From Deltaproteobacteria bacterium (GTDB taxonomy: Bacteria > SAR324 > NAC60-12), in contig JAYOTF010000020.1 in the NCBI GenBank assembly GCA_038150265.1, positions 1 through 61,218 of the forward strand: DNA of 61,218 nucleotides, in the 5' to 3' direction. Below, piece after piece: positions 9,828 to 20,178 of this stretch. The translations under genes and the position numbers were made by a program. The stretch's first letter is position 1, and every line of letters begins with the position of its first letter. The notes beneath the pieces are model-generated. The model was not told where the DNA came from and made no database searches. It was given only the letters and a program-made list of their open reading frames with translations.

Positions 9828-12800
9828 ATGAAAATTACGCGTGTCTTCACCATGGAGGGTCAAGATCCGTACCAGGGAATCGAGTTTGAACAACGTGAAT
9901 CCGTAATACGCAACCCGGACGGATCGGTGGTATCGAAGTGGGACAAGGTGGTTGTCCCCAAAGCCTGGTCTCAGGTGGCAACGGATATCATGGCCCAAAA
10001 GTACTTCCGCAAGGCGGGAATTCCCAAGCACCGCAAGGCCTCGAAGGAAAAAGGCATTCCGGAGTGGCTGCAATCCTCGATTCCGGATCAGGCCAAGCAG
10101 GCCAAGTTGAGCGATGACGATCGGATGATGTCGGAAACCGACGCCCGTGAAGTCTTCCACCGCCTTGCGGGATGCTGGACCTACTGGGGGTTCAAGTACA
10201 ACTACTTTGATGGCGAAGCCGACGCCCGCGCCTTCTACGATGAGCTGTGCTACATGTTTGCGCATCAGATGGCAGCTCCGAATTCGCCTCAGTGGTTCAA
10301 CACCGGACTCAACTGGGCCTACGGCCTGTCTGGCCCGGCACAGGGACACTACTACGTGGATCCGGAGACGGGCAAGGTTGCACGCTCTGAAGACGCCTAC
10401 ACCCACCCGCAGCCCCATGCCTGCTTCATCCAGTCCGTTCAGGATGACCTGGTCCGCGAAGGCGGCATCATGGACCTGTGGACCCGGGAGGCCCGGCTCT
10501 TCAAGTATGGCTCCGGGACAGGGTCCAACTTCTCGAACCTGCGGGGAGACGGGGAACCGCTTTCTGGAGGAGGGTACTCCAGTGGCCTGATGTCCTTCCT
10601 CAAGATTGGGGACACGGCGGCCGGCTCAATCAAATCCGGAGGCACCACGCGCCGTGCAGCCAAGATGGTCTGCCTGGATGTGGATCATCCGGACATTGAG
10701 AAGTTTGTCAACTGGAAGGTCCGGGAGGAGCAGAAGGTGGCCGCGCTTGTGGCAGGCTCGAAGAAGATCAAGGAGGTCATCAACGAACTCTTTGCCGCGG
10801 TCCATGGCTGGGGGGAAGACGCCACCCGCTACGACCTCAAGAAGAACCTCGACCTGCGCAAGGTGGTCCGGAAGGCCCGGACCGCTCAGGTGCCGTTCAG
10901 TTACGTTGAGCGCATCCTGCACCTCTCCAGACAGGGGTACACCGGCGTCGACTTTGATGAGTACGACACCGACTGGAACTCGGAGGCCTACAGTTCCGTG
11001 GCTGGTCAGAATGCCAACAACTCGATTCGGTTGAGCAACGAGTTCATGCAGGCGGTTGAGCAAGATGCCGACTGGCACCTCTACTGGCGGACCGAACAGG
11101 TCCGGGCAGAAGAAGCCGGGCGTGCGCCTCAGGCCTGCAAGACCCTCAAGGCCCAGGAGCTGTGGGAGCAGATCGCTTATGCCGCATGGGCATCCGCTGA
11201 TCCGGGGCTGCAGTTTGACACGACCATCAACGAGTGGCACACCTGCCCTGCTGATGGACCGATCCGGGCGTCGAATCCCTGCAGCGAGTACATGTTCCTC
11301 GATGACACGGCCTGCAACCTGGCGTCTCTGAACCTCCTGCAGTTCATTGCGGAAGAGACCGGTGAGCTCGACATTGAGCGCTTCCGGCACGCCACCCGCC
11401 TGTGGACGGTGGTGCTGGAAATCAGTGTCCTCATGGCGCAGTTCCCCAGCAAGCGCATTGCGGAGCTTTCCTATGAGTTCCGGACCCTCGGGCTGGGGTA
11501 TGCGAACATGGGCACGTACCTCATGGTCAATGGCATTCCGTACGACTCCGACAAGGCCCTGGCGATCTGTGGTGCCATCACCTCGATCATGCACATGACG
11601 TCGTATGCGACCTCAGCCGAAATGGCCCGGGAGCATGGCCCCTTTGCCGGCTTTGAACGCAACCGGGAGTCCATGCTCCGGGTGCTGCGGAACCACCGGC
11701 GAGCGGCGTATCGGGTGGCAGATAGCGACTACGAGGGCCTGACCATGAAGCCGATGGGCATCGATAGCCAGCACTGCCCGACCGCCTTCCTGAAGGCCGC
11801 GCAGGAAGATGCCGACCGGGCCCTGGAGCTCGGGGAGCAGTATGGCTTCCGGAATGCCCAGGTGACCGTGATTGCTCCCACCGGAACCATCGGGTTGCTG
11901 ATGGACTGCGACACCACGGGCATTGAACCGGACTTTGCCCTGGTGAAGTTCAAGAAGCTCGCCGGCGGCGGCTACTTCAAGATCATCAACCAGTCGATTC
12001 CTCCGGCGCTCCAGAAGCTCGGGTACAACGCCTCCGAGATTCAAGACATCGTCCACTACGTCAAGGGCCGAGGCAGCCTCAAGGGCGCTCCGTGCATCAA
12101 CACTGAGAGCCTGCGCAGCAAGGGCTTCACCGACGACGTCCTGGCCGCCATTGAGGCTCAGCTGCCGACGGCTTTTGACATCTCCTTCGTCTTCAACCGC
12201 TGGACCCTCGGAGACACCTTCTGCAAGCAGGTGCTGGGGCTCAATGAGGACCAGCTGAGCGACTACCAGTTCAGCATCCTCCGGCACCTGGGCTTTACCG
12301 ACAAGGAAATTGAAGCCGCCAATGATGCGATCTGTGGGACGATGACGATTGAAGGCGCGCCGCACCTGAAGCCCGACCACTATGCCGTCTTTGACTGTGC
12401 CAACAAGTGTGGCAAGAAGGGGCAGCGTTACATTGCTCCAGATGCCCACATCCGCATGATGGCTGCTGCTCAGCCGTTCATTTCGGGGTCGATCTCGAAG
12501 ACGATCAACCTGCCCAGCCACGCGGACGTGATCGACATCAAGGACGCCTACATGATGTCGTGGAAGCTCGCCCTCAAGTGCAACGCCCTGTACCGGGACG
12601 GCTCCAAGCTGAGCCAGCCCCTCAACACGAGTGCTGCGGAAGAGGTCTGGGCCGAGGAGGACGAAGAGCACACCGAAACGGTGGCCCGTGAAGTGCGGGT
12701 GGCCGAGAAGATCATCCACCGCTACCTGGCCAAGCGCCGTCGCCTGCCTGATCGGCGCAAGGGCTACACCCAGAAAGCCATCATCGGCGGGCACAAGCTC

Positions 12801-13484
12801 TACCTCCGGACCGGAGACTACGAAGATGGAACCATTGGGGAAATCTTTGTGGACATGCACAAGGAAGGCGCGGCCTTCCGGAGCCTGATGAACTGCTTCG
12901 CCATTGCGGTTTCACTTGGGTTGCAGCATGGGGTGCCGCTGGAGGAATTTGTGGACGCCTTCATCTTCACGCGCTTCGAGCCCAACGGCATGGTCCAGGG
13001 CAACGACTCGATCAAGATGAGCACGTCCATCATCGACTACATCTTCCGGGAGCTCGCGGTCACCTACCTGGGACGCAGCGACCTCGCTCATGTGTCGTCC
13101 GATGACCTTGCCAGCAGCGAGGTCCACACCCGGCGTGAGCCAGACTTCGAGAGCGAAACCGTGGTCTCGGAGCGGACGTTGAGCGGCAAGGAGGCAGAAG
13201 CCTTCCTCCGTCACGAAGATGACGATCACGTCTATGCCTTTGCCGAAGACTACGGCGTGGATGTGACGCTGCTGGAAAAAGCCTCGACCGCCACGGAACT
13301 GGAGTACGTCTCTGGCTCCGAAGGGGGGTGGAAGGCCGAGCGGTCTCAGGCCGATCTGGTCCAGGAAGCTCGCCTCAAGGGGTACGAAGGCGAACCCTGC
13401 ACCACCTGTGGTCAGTTTACGATGGTCCGGAATGGCTCCTGCCTCAAATGCGCTTCCTGTGGCGCGACCAGTGGTTGCTCCTGA
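9828..13484 (+). CDS. nrdJ: vitamin B12-dependent (class II) ribonucleotide reductase
   Basis: [33 protein letters not shown]-like C-terminal region, terminal CxxC..CxxCG.TSGCS. Confidence 0.95.
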   Translation: MKITRVFTMEGQDPYQGIEFEQRESVIRNPDGSVVSKWDKVVVPKAWSQVATDIMAQKYFRKAGIPKHRKASKEKGIPEWLQSSIPDQAKQAKLSDDDRMMSETDAREVFHRLAGCWTYWGFKYNYFDGEADARAFYDELCYMFAHQMAAPNSPQWFNTGLNWAYGLSGPAQGHYYVDPETGKVARSEDAYTHPQPHACFIQSVQDDLVREGGIMDLWTREARLFKYGSGTGSNFSNLRGDGEPLSGGGYSSGLMSFLKIGDTAAGSIKSGGTTRRAAKMVCLDVDHPDIEKFVNWKVREEQKVAALVAGSKKIKEVINELFAAVHGWGEDATRYDLKKNLDLRKVVRKARTAQVPFSYVERILHLSRQGYTGVDFDEYDTDWNSEAYSSVAGQNANNSIRLSNEFMQAVEQDADWHLYWRTEQVRAEEAGRAPQACKTLKAQELWEQIAYAAWASADPGLQFDTTINEWHTCPADGPIRASNPCSEYMFLDDTACNLASLNLLQFIAEETGELDIERFRHATRLWTVVLEISVLMAQFPSKRIAELSYEFRTLGLGYANMGTYLMVNGIPYDSDKALAICGAITSIMHMTSYATSAEMAREHGPFAGFERNRESMLRVLRNHRRAAYRVADSDYEGLTMKPMGIDSQHCPTAFLKAAQEDADRALELGEQYGFRNAQVTVIAPTGTIGLLMDCDTTGIEPDFALVKFKKLAGGGYFKIINQSIPPALQKLGYNASEIQDIVHYVKGRGSLKGAPCINTESLRSKGFTDDVLAAIEAQLPTAFDISFVFNRWTLGDTFCKQVLGLNEDQLSDYQFSILRHLGFTDKEIEAANDAICGTMTIEGAPHLKPDHYAVFDCANKCGKKGQRYIAPDAHIRMMAAAQPFISGSISKTINLPSHADVIDIKDAYMMSWKLALKCNALYRDGSKLSQPLNTSAAEEVWAEEDEEHTETVAREVRVAEKIIHRYLAKRRRLPDRRKGYTQKAIIGGHKLYLRTGDYEDGTIGEIFVDMHKEGAAFRSLMNCFAIAVSLGLQHGVPLEEFVDAFIFTRFEPNGMVQGNDSIKMSTSIIDYIFRELAVTYLGRSDLAHVSSDDLASSEVHTRREPDFESETVVSERTLSGKEAEAFLRHEDDDHVYAFAEDYGVDVTLLEKASTATELEYVSGSEGGWKAERSQADLVQEARLKGYEGEPCTTCGQFTMVRNGSCLKCASCGATSGCS

Positions 13485-13532
13485 GCGCCACTCACTTCTG
13501 AGCATCGGCACGGAACGTCCTGAGCTTGCCTC

Positions 13533-14843
13533 ATGAGGTTCCGTCGCTCCCCCGCTCCGCGGCGAGGGATCGCCTTGTTTCTCACCTTGGTGGTCCTCTC
13601 GCTCATTGCGGTCTTTCTGACCGAATTTTCCTTTGAAACCACCCTGGAGGTCCGCTCCCTTCAGAACTCCCAGTCGTCCTTCCAGGCCCGGAATGCCGTC
13701 AAGTCGCTCTTCAAGGCCGTTCTGGTCGGACTGCAGGGCGGGCAGGATGGCAAGATGGCGGAGGTGGACTTCTTTGAGCAGATTGCGCCCCTGCTGCAGT
13801 TTGCCCAGGGCATTCAGCAAGGCTCCGGGCTGGGAGGGCTCCCGCTGGAGGAAGGCGCGGCTCCTGCTGGCGAGGTGCCGCCGGTGTCGTTCCTCAACCC
13901 TCCGGACCTGACGGTCATTCCGGAGGAGCTGGTTCAGTACGCGCTTCCGGAGTTCTATGCGAGCTTCGCCGATGTCACCTTCTACACGCCGTCCATCCGT
14001 CCGATCGATCACCTCTACAACCTGAATCGGGTGCAGTCGAGCGGTCGAACGCTGGAGCCGGAGCGGACCAAACCCGATATTCAATTGACCAACCAGTTTC
14101 TCAACCTGCTGAACACGGACGCGTATCAAAGTGAAGAGGAGGGAGGGTACGTCTTCAATGACTCCCTTGCGTTGGGGACTTACGGCAGGCTGTTTGACTG
14201 GATTGACAAGGACGACTCGGTGTTTCAGTCCAATTACGGAGGGGTGACAGGGAATGAGATTGGCTACCGGGGGCAGGCGATTGAGTACCCGATCAAAAAC
14301 GGATTCCTCGAGCGCGTGGAGGAGGTGTTTCTCCTGCTGCCGCAAGCGGAGCCACGCCTGCCGGATGCGTTTTGGCTGCAGCACTTCACGGTCTATCCCG
14401 TGGGAGACGCGTGGGATCCGCAGCAGGATGCCCGTGAAGTGAACGCCCGCATCAACGTCAACCTGGCCACGTCTGAGGAGGTTGAGGCCTTTCTCAATCG
14501 TTTTGATCAAGATACCAACTACCTGAGTACGCTTGGGGGGTACGACGAGACGGCTGCTGGGTTCTTTCAAAAACGGACCGAGTTGGCGGAAGCCCTGAGC
14601 ACGCTGAGAGAATCGACAGGGGGAGCGACCCAAAAGGACATTGATGCCAAGGTGGGGGGCATTGTCTCGAAGGGGCTTGCCAGCGATTACTTCACCCCGT
14701 TCAGCTACTGGTACGAAATCCGGTTGCGGGCCGCGGTGGGGGGCGTGACGTCTGAGGTCCGGGCCGTGGTTTCGGTCGAACGAGATAACGAGGGGCTGGT
14801 GGAACCCAACAGCCTGACCATCCATGAATTTCAGCTGAGGTAG
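13533..14843 (+). CDS. GspK-like type II secretion minor pseudopilin
   Basis: Prepilin-like N-terminus RRG|IALFLTLVVL, conserved DWIDKD and RINVNLAT motifs. Confidence 0.75.
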   Translation: MRFRRSPAPRRGIALFLTLVVLSLIAVFLTEFSFETTLEVRSLQNSQSSFQARNAVKSLFKAVLVGLQGGQDGKMAEVDFFEQIAPLLQFAQGIQQGSGLGGLPLEEGAAPAGEVPPVSFLNPPDLTVIPEELVQYALPEFYASFADVTFYTPSIRPIDHLYNLNRVQSSGRTLEPERTKPDIQLTNQFLNLLNTDAYQSEEEGGYVFNDSLALGTYGRLFDWIDKDDSVFQSNYGGVTGNEIGYRGQAIEYPIKNGFLERVEEVFLLLPQAEPRLPDAFWLQHFTVYPVGDAWDPQQDAREVNARINVNLATSEEVEAFLNRFDQDTNYLSTLGGYDETAAGFFQKRTELAEALSTLRESTGGATQKDIDAKVGGIVSKGLASDYFTPFSYWYEIRLRAAVGGVTSEVRAVVSVERDNEGLVEPNSLTIHEFQLR

Positions 14844-14845
14844 TC

Positions 14846-15586
14846 ATGAGCGAGCGGGTGATCATTCGCCTGGAAGAGGTGGGGTCCACGAACAGCTACC
14901 TGAAGGACCGTCCGGAGCTGCTGCAGGCGTCTGGGACCGTGGTCCGGACGGAGCGGCAGGTGCAGGGGCGGGGCCGGATGGGGCGGACGTATGTTTCGCT
15001 GCATGGCAAGAACCTGACCTTCTCCGTGTGCCTGCACCCGCAGCGTCCACTGGCGGAACTGCCCGCGTTTTCACTCTGGGTCGGGGTGGCGTTGGCGCGT
15101 GTCGTGGAACGCTGGGTGACGGCTTCGGTTCAGCTCAAGTGGCCCAACGACCTGCTCCTCTCCGGACGCAAGGTTGCCGGCATCCTCATTGAATCCGCCC
15201 GGCTGGCGGGGGCTCCGCATCCGGTGCTCATTGCCGGAATTGGCCTCAATTGTTTGGGAGAGGTGAGCGAATTTCCTCCGGAACTGCAGGAAAAGGTCGC
15301 GACCCTGGAGGCACATGCCTCCAGAGAAGTCTTGAAAGAAGAGGTGTTTCAGGAGATTCTAGCCGAGTTGGACGTTGTGCTGGGGGAGGTCCGGACTCAG
15401 GGAACCGGGGCCCTAGCGCAGGAGTGGCTGCGTCGCTCTGCCATGCAGCACCGTCCAGTTTCCTTTGAAAGGACGACGGGAACAGGCTCCGGAATGGTGG
15501 AGGGCCTGACCCCAGAGGGCTTTTTGAGGATCCGCCTACCGACAGGGGAAGAACACATACACGCCTCAGGAGACGTTTGGGTATGA
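14846..15586 (+). CDS. birA: biotin-protein ligase (no N-terminal HTH)
   Basis: STN, GRGR, KWPND, KVAGILIE. Confidence 0.95.
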   Translation: MSERVIIRLEEVGSTNSYLKDRPELLQASGTVVRTERQVQGRGRMGRTYVSLHGKNLTFSVCLHPQRPLAELPAFSLWVGVALARVVERWVTASVQLKWPNDLLLSGRKVAGILIESARLAGAPHPVLIAGIGLNCLGEVSEFPPELQEKVATLEAHASREVLKEEVFQEILAELDVVLGEVRTQGTGALAQEWLRRSAMQHRPVSFERTTGTGSGMVEGLTPEGFLRIRLPTGEEHIHASGDVWV

Positions 15587-16437
15587 AGTCGGAGACGCGA
15601 GTGCTGGCCTTGGACATTGGGAACACCAATGTGGTCATGGGAATCTTTGAAGACGGGCAGCTGTTGCACAGCTGGCGCCTGCACTCGAACCCTGAGTTGA
15701 GCCTTGATGAGTACCATGTCCTGGTGCAGGGTATGCTTTTCGCATCTCGGTTCAAGCCGGAAACGATCCAGGCGGCGGTCCTGAGTTCGGTGGTCCCCAA
15801 ACTGTCTCGGGTGTTTGCCACCCTGGTGCGTCAACTGATTGGGGCGGAACCGACCATCGTCAGCCATGCGCTGGAGTTGGGCATCCAGATCCGGACGGAC
15901 AATCCGGAGACGGTGGGGCACGACCGTTTGGTCAATGCGGTGGCCGCGTATCATCAGCACCAGGCAGCGCTGATTGTCATTGACTTCGGCACCGCGACCA
16001 CCCTGGATGTGGTCTCCAGCGATGGGCGCTTTCAGGGCGGAGTGATCTGCCCCGGGTTGAACATTTCAGCAGAGGCCCTGTTCTCACGTGCCGCCCAGCT
16101 CTTTCAGGTGGAGATTGAGGAACCGACTCGGCTGATTGGCAAGAACACCGCAGAGGCGGTGCAGTCCGGACTCTTCTACGGATACTGTGGCATGATTGAA
16201 GCCCTGATCCGGCGTCTGGAACAGGAATTGAAGACTCAAGGAGAGGATCAGGTCGTGGTGGTGGCCACCGGAGGGCTGGCGACCAAACTGACCCCGACGT
16301 TGCCCGGAGTCATCCGGCAGGATGATTTGACATTACAGGGGCTTTACCGTATCCATTTACTGAACTCCGATCACCCTTCTGAGCCTGTCCCCGCTTCTGA
16401 TCCTGAAGCGGTCACGGCGTCCTCTCGGAAATTTTAG
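15583..16437 (+). CDS. coaX: type III pantothenate kinase
   Basis: LDIGNTN, GHDR, IDFGTATT, ATGG; ATGA overlap with the birA stop. Confidence 0.95.
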   Translation: MKSETRVLALDIGNTNVVMGIFEDGQLLHSWRLHSNPELSLDEYHVLVQGMLFASRFKPETIQAAVLSSVVPKLSRVFATLVRQLIGAEPTIVSHALELGIQIRTDNPETVGHDRLVNAVAAYHQHQAALIVIDFGTATTLDVVSSDGRFQGGVICPGLNISAEALFSRAAQLFQVEIEEPTRLIGKNTAEAVQSGLFYGYCGMIEALIRRLEQELKTQGEDQVVVVATGGLATKLTPTLPGVIRQDDLTLQGLYRIHLLNSDHPSEPVPASDPEAVTASSRKF

Positions 16438-16462
16438 AGTGTGTAACCCACAAGGCTAGGAA

Positions 16463-17536
16463 ATGGCAGACGACGATCAACTGGACGGACTGGACGGGCT
16501 GGACGATTTCGGAGACGATTTCGGAGACCAGCTCGACAGCTTCATGGAAGGAGAGGGGGACGAAGACGGCGACAGTGAGCTGGACTCGTTCTTTGAAGAC
16601 CTCTCAACCATTGATGACCTGGAAGTCCAGGACGACGCTGAGGACGAGCCTGAGCCGGCACCTGCTGCGGCTCCTGCGAGTGCGAGCGAGGCTGCCAGCG
16701 ATGATGAGGACGATGATCCTCCATTAGCCGCCGCCGCAACTGCCGGGGCGAGTGCAGCAGCGGCCGCCGCCGTCAAACCGATGCCCAAGGCGTCGAAGTC
16801 GAAGGGAGGCGGAAAGTCGCTCCTGCCGGCAGCCATCATTGCCAGCGTCACCGGATTGCTGCTGGGCGTGATCACCGTGGTGATCCTCTACCTGCTGCAG
16901 GGCGGGGGAGAGGTGGTTCCGGAAGAGCCCCCCATTGTGATGGAAAATGACCCGGTGCTGATGCCGGAGCCCATGCCTCCGCCCGAGCCCGAACCCGAGC
17001 CCGAGCCGGTGAAGCCCCGGCCGCAGCGTCCGGCGCCCCCACCGCCTCCGCAGCGCTTCTACTACGTTCAGGTGGCCAACTGCGTCCACCAGGAGTGTGT
17101 GGACGACTACCGCTTCTTGCTGCAGCGCTTCGGGTACCCGATCCGCGTGGACCGGACCCAGGAGCTGACCCCCATGACCGAGATCATCTCTCGTGAGCCG
17201 ATGGGCGAAGAAGCGACGGGCCGCATGATTGACCGCATCAACCGGGAAAACCGCATGGCTGGGCGAGCCTTCCGGAAGGAAGCCGACGGAGGCTACCTGA
17301 TCTCACTCGGGCTGTTTCCCGACCTGGACACCGCCAACCGGGTGAAGAACAACCTCAATCAGGCCTATGCCAAGGAGGTGTTCTTTGAGGCCACACGGGC
17401 CGACCAGAAGATTGTCTACCTCAAGGTCCGGGCCGGCGGGTTCCGGTCCAAGAACGAGGCGGAGCGCCTGAAGGACCTGCTGGCCCAGAAGGACGAGCGC
17501 TTTGAAGGGGCCTTCGTGATTGCAATGCGGCGCTGA
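16463..17536 (+). CDS. single-pass membrane protein: acidic cytoplasmic N-terminus, Pro-rich linker, SPOR-like C-terminal domain
   Basis: D/E-rich N-terminus, one TM helix, PE repeats, YYVQVA...YLKVRAGGFRSKNEAERLK resembling SPOR. Confidence 0.65.
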   Translation: MADDDQLDGLDGLDDFGDDFGDQLDSFMEGEGDEDGDSELDSFFEDLSTIDDLEVQDDAEDEPEPAPAAAPASASEAASDDEDDDPPLAAAATAGASAAAAAAVKPMPKASKSKGGGKSLLPAAIIASVTGLLLGVITVVILYLLQGGGEVVPEEPPIVMENDPVLMPEPMPPPEPEPEPEPVKPRPQRPAPPPPPQRFYYVQVANCVHQECVDDYRFLLQRFGYPIRVDRTQELTPMTEIISREPMGEEATGRMIDRINRENRMAGRAFRKEADGGYLISLGLFPDLDTANRVKNNLNQAYAKEVFFEATRADQKIVYLKVRAGGFRSKNEAERLKDLLAQKDERFEGAFVIAMRR

Positions 17537-17626
17537 TCCGCATTGCAGGCGACACCCGTCTATGCTAAAGTAGGCGCGTTTTGTGATTCCCCTCGTGGGT
17601 CGATCTCCCCTTTTCAAGGAAACTCA

Positions 17627-17737
17627 ATGGCTTTAAGCTGGACGATTGTTTTTGGAATCATGGTCTTTGGTCTGATGGTCTGCCCGGCCGTGGTCTTCCT
17701 GACGCACCTGAAAGACAAAGGCAAGAAAAGTCATTGA
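17627..17737 (+). CDS. 36-aa small membrane protein (hypothetical)
   Basis: AAGGA Shine-Dalgarno 6 nt before ATG; MALSWTIVFGIMVFGLMVCPAVVFLTHLKDKGKKSH is a TM helix plus basic tail. Confidence 0.6.
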   Translation: MALSWTIVFGIMVFGLMVCPAVVFLTHLKDKGKKSH

Positions 17738-17913
17738 CTTGCCGAAGGGCACCGTCTGGTGCCCTCGTCTCCCTTCCTCCGGGCTCCTCGCTTCGCATCT
17801 CCTGCATCCTGTGATATCCTGAGAAACCGCTTCTGTGCGGAACACCTGTTGCTTTTCCACAAGAGCAACATTTGCGGAAACCCCCTCAAGGAACCAGAAC
17901 CCCCCAAGCCGCC

Positions 17914-19434
17914 ATGCGTGTTCACTCCGGAACCTGGAAAATCATTCTTCTGCTGAGCCTCCTGCTGGTCAGCCTGAGTGCGGTCTCGAGTCTGCAAGCG
18001 CAGCCACCGATCACCATCTGGCGACATGGCGCCCAGGTGAATGCGACCTCACTGAACATCCGGAACCTGCCGGGGCTCTCTGGCTTGATCCTGGAAACCG
18101 TCCGGGACAAGACACCGCTGTTTTACTCCAACCAGGAGGATGGCGAATGGATTCGAGTCCGGACGGAAAGCGGTGAGGAGGGCTGGACCATCAAGCACTT
18201 CCTGAGCATTCCGGAACCGCAGGCGGAGGTCCTTCCCCCCGAAAGCGACCCCCGGGAGCAGATGGTTCAGGAGATGGAAACGAAGCAGCGCTACGCGGTG
18301 GTCGCTGTTCCTCAACTGGGCGTGCATTATGGTCCGGGTCCGGATCACCCCGTCCGTTACCAGTTGCAGCAGGGGGCCCACGTGGTGCTCCTGCAGCACT
18401 CGGGTGACTGGCTCATGGTCCGGGAGCCCAACCGGCGCGAATCCGGGTGGGTCCGGAAGGAGCAGCTGACGCCTTATGAGCCTCATCAGCTTCCAGAAGC
18501 CCTCAAGACCCTTTCGACGGAAAGCGGCTCACCGCTGGCCAGCAGCATCCACGAGTACATGGAAAACGCCTACCAGCGGGGGGTGATCTCGCGAGAAGAC
18601 CAGCTCTTCATGGTGGTGCAGGACCTCCATGCCGGACAGCTCCTCGTCTCGATTCGTCCCCGTCGGCACGTCAAGGCGGCCAGCATGATCAAAGTGCCGA
18701 TCCTCCAAGCGTACATGCTGCAGCTCTACAAGGGGCAGATTGAGCACACCGAGAGCAACGACAAGAACCTGGAGAACATGATTCGGCTGAGCAGCAACTA
18801 CAGCACGAACCTCATTCTCAAGCGGCTGGGAGGCCCTCAGGTGGTGCAGAACCTCCTGGACCAGACCCGAATGTACCGGGCTCTGCGGCTGGTGGAGTAC
18901 ATCCCACCGGGGGGCCGTACGTACCGGAATCAGGTCTCGGCTGCTGACCTGAATCAGCTCTTTGTCCGCATCTGGGCGGGGCAGGCGCTGGGCCCAGGCT
19001 TCAGTGAACTGGAAAATCGTGCCGCCTCCCGGAGGATGCTCGACTACCTGGGCATGGACAGCTCAAACCGGGTGCACGACCGCATCAAGGACGGAACCTG
19101 CTACTCGGACAATGAGCAGGTGAAGCTTTGGGACAAAACGGGCTTTGTCAAGGGCGTGAACGGCAACGCCGGAATTGTGGAGATTGACACCCCGCATGGC
19201 CGCCGGGCCTACTCCGTGGTGCTGATCATTGAGCGGGCCAACTACCAGAGCATCGCGGGCAACGCAAACGCCTGGTCTTCCGCCATCAGCGAGCAGATGC
19301 GCCGGATCTCGGAAATGGTGTACGCCTACTTCAATGTCCGCTACGAGGCCGCGGATTCGTGTGGCTTTGACCGATTGCTTCATCATGCGAAGTTGGCCTA
19401 TGAGCACCAGGGACAATTCCGTGCCGCGCTCTGA
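17914..19434 (+). CDS. secreted protein with two SH3b-like domains and a class A beta-lactamase-like serine hydrolase domain
   Basis: Signal peptide; W.RV....GEEGW and DWLMV....SGWV SH3b patterns; SxxK (SMIK), SxN (SSN) and KTG motifs. Confidence 0.8.
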   Translation: MRVHSGTWKIILLLSLLLVSLSAVSSLQAQPPITIWRHGAQVNATSLNIRNLPGLSGLILETVRDKTPLFYSNQEDGEWIRVRTESGEEGWTIKHFLSIPEPQAEVLPPESDPREQMVQEMETKQRYAVVAVPQLGVHYGPGPDHPVRYQLQQGAHVVLLQHSGDWLMVREPNRRESGWVRKEQLTPYEPHQLPEALKTLSTESGSPLASSIHEYMENAYQRGVISREDQLFMVVQDLHAGQLLVSIRPRRHVKAASMIKVPILQAYMLQLYKGQIEHTESNDKNLENMIRLSSNYSTNLILKRLGGPQVVQNLLDQTRMYRALRLVEYIPPGGRTYRNQVSAADLNQLFVRIWAGQALGPGFSELENRAASRRMLDYLGMDSSNRVHDRIKDGTCYSDNEQVKLWDKTGFVKGVNGNAGIVEIDTPHGRRAYSVVLIIERANYQSIAGNANAWSSAISEQMRRISEMVYAYFNVRYEAADSCGFDRLLHHAKLAYEHQGQFRAAL

Positions 19435-20164
19435 CGCCTGGCACTCCCTCACGCACACCCTCCACGAGCGGGAGCAGCACCTGCTCTTTCTTCATGAGCA
19501 ACGCTACCTCGACCCCCTGGCGCCTTCTCAACGAGAGCGCCTGCAGGCGGCCGGGGTGCTGACGGAGTCGCTCCTGACGTTTGTGGAGCAGGCGCTGGAG
19601 CCACTTCTTCGCGACCTGCCTCCGGGGATGTACTTTCCGGTTCCCCTGATGCGAGCGAGTTCGGGCCCGGAGCTTTCTCGGGAACAGGTCCAGACGTTTT
19701 CCTACTCGTTTCTGGAGGTGGATGAACGGCAGCGCTGGTTCTGGCGCGGGAAGCCGATTGTGGGCAAAGTCCTGACGCTGTTTGAGCAAAACCTCCAGTA
19801 CGATCCGGAGGTGGGGCGCTACCTCGTGGAGTACCACACGGAAGGGCGCTGGGACAAGTGCTACCTCCGGGTGGCGCACACGCCCGTCCGGGGCGTCCGC
19901 TTCGATGGAGCCACAGCCGAGCTGGAACTGAACACCGGGCCCTCCCTGCCCCTGAGCTGGGAGCACCTGTGGCTGGACGCGTCGGAGCGCCTGTTTCTGA
20001 CCGAGGCCACCTGGCGGTTGATTCTGCTGGCCGACCAACCCCGTTACGAGATCCTGAGCCACTGGGATGCCACCCAGGAGGCGCTTTGCTGGCAAGGGCA
20101 GCGTTACCCCTTGAACCAGGTGTCCCACCCTCAGGACCTCCTGGTGGCCGATTCCTTTTTCTGA
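19400..20164 (+). CDS. hypothetical protein, DUF1285-like central region
   Basis: WFWRGKPI...LF...GRYLV...LRVAHTP resembles DUF1285; start uncertain (19400 ATG or 19421 GTG). Confidence 0.55.
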   Translation: MSTRDNSVPRSDAWHSLTHTLHEREQHLLFLHEQRYLDPLAPSQRERLQAAGVLTESLLTFVEQALEPLLRDLPPGMYFPVPLMRASSGPELSREQVQTFSYSFLEVDERQRWFWRGKPIVGKVLTLFEQNLQYDPEVGRYLVEYHTEGRWDKCYLRVAHTPVRGVRFDGATAELELNTGPSLPLSWEHLWLDASERLFLTEATWRLILLADQPRYEILSHWDATQEALCWQGQRYPLNQVSHPQDLLVADSFF

Positions 20165-20178
20165 CTCAAACTCCCCCT

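Noticed and set aside
9828..13484. Intein or intron in NrdJ
   Set aside because: Continuous ORF; no intein splice-junction or homing endonuclease motifs seen; length fits a fused NrdJ with a C-terminal TSCPD-like region.
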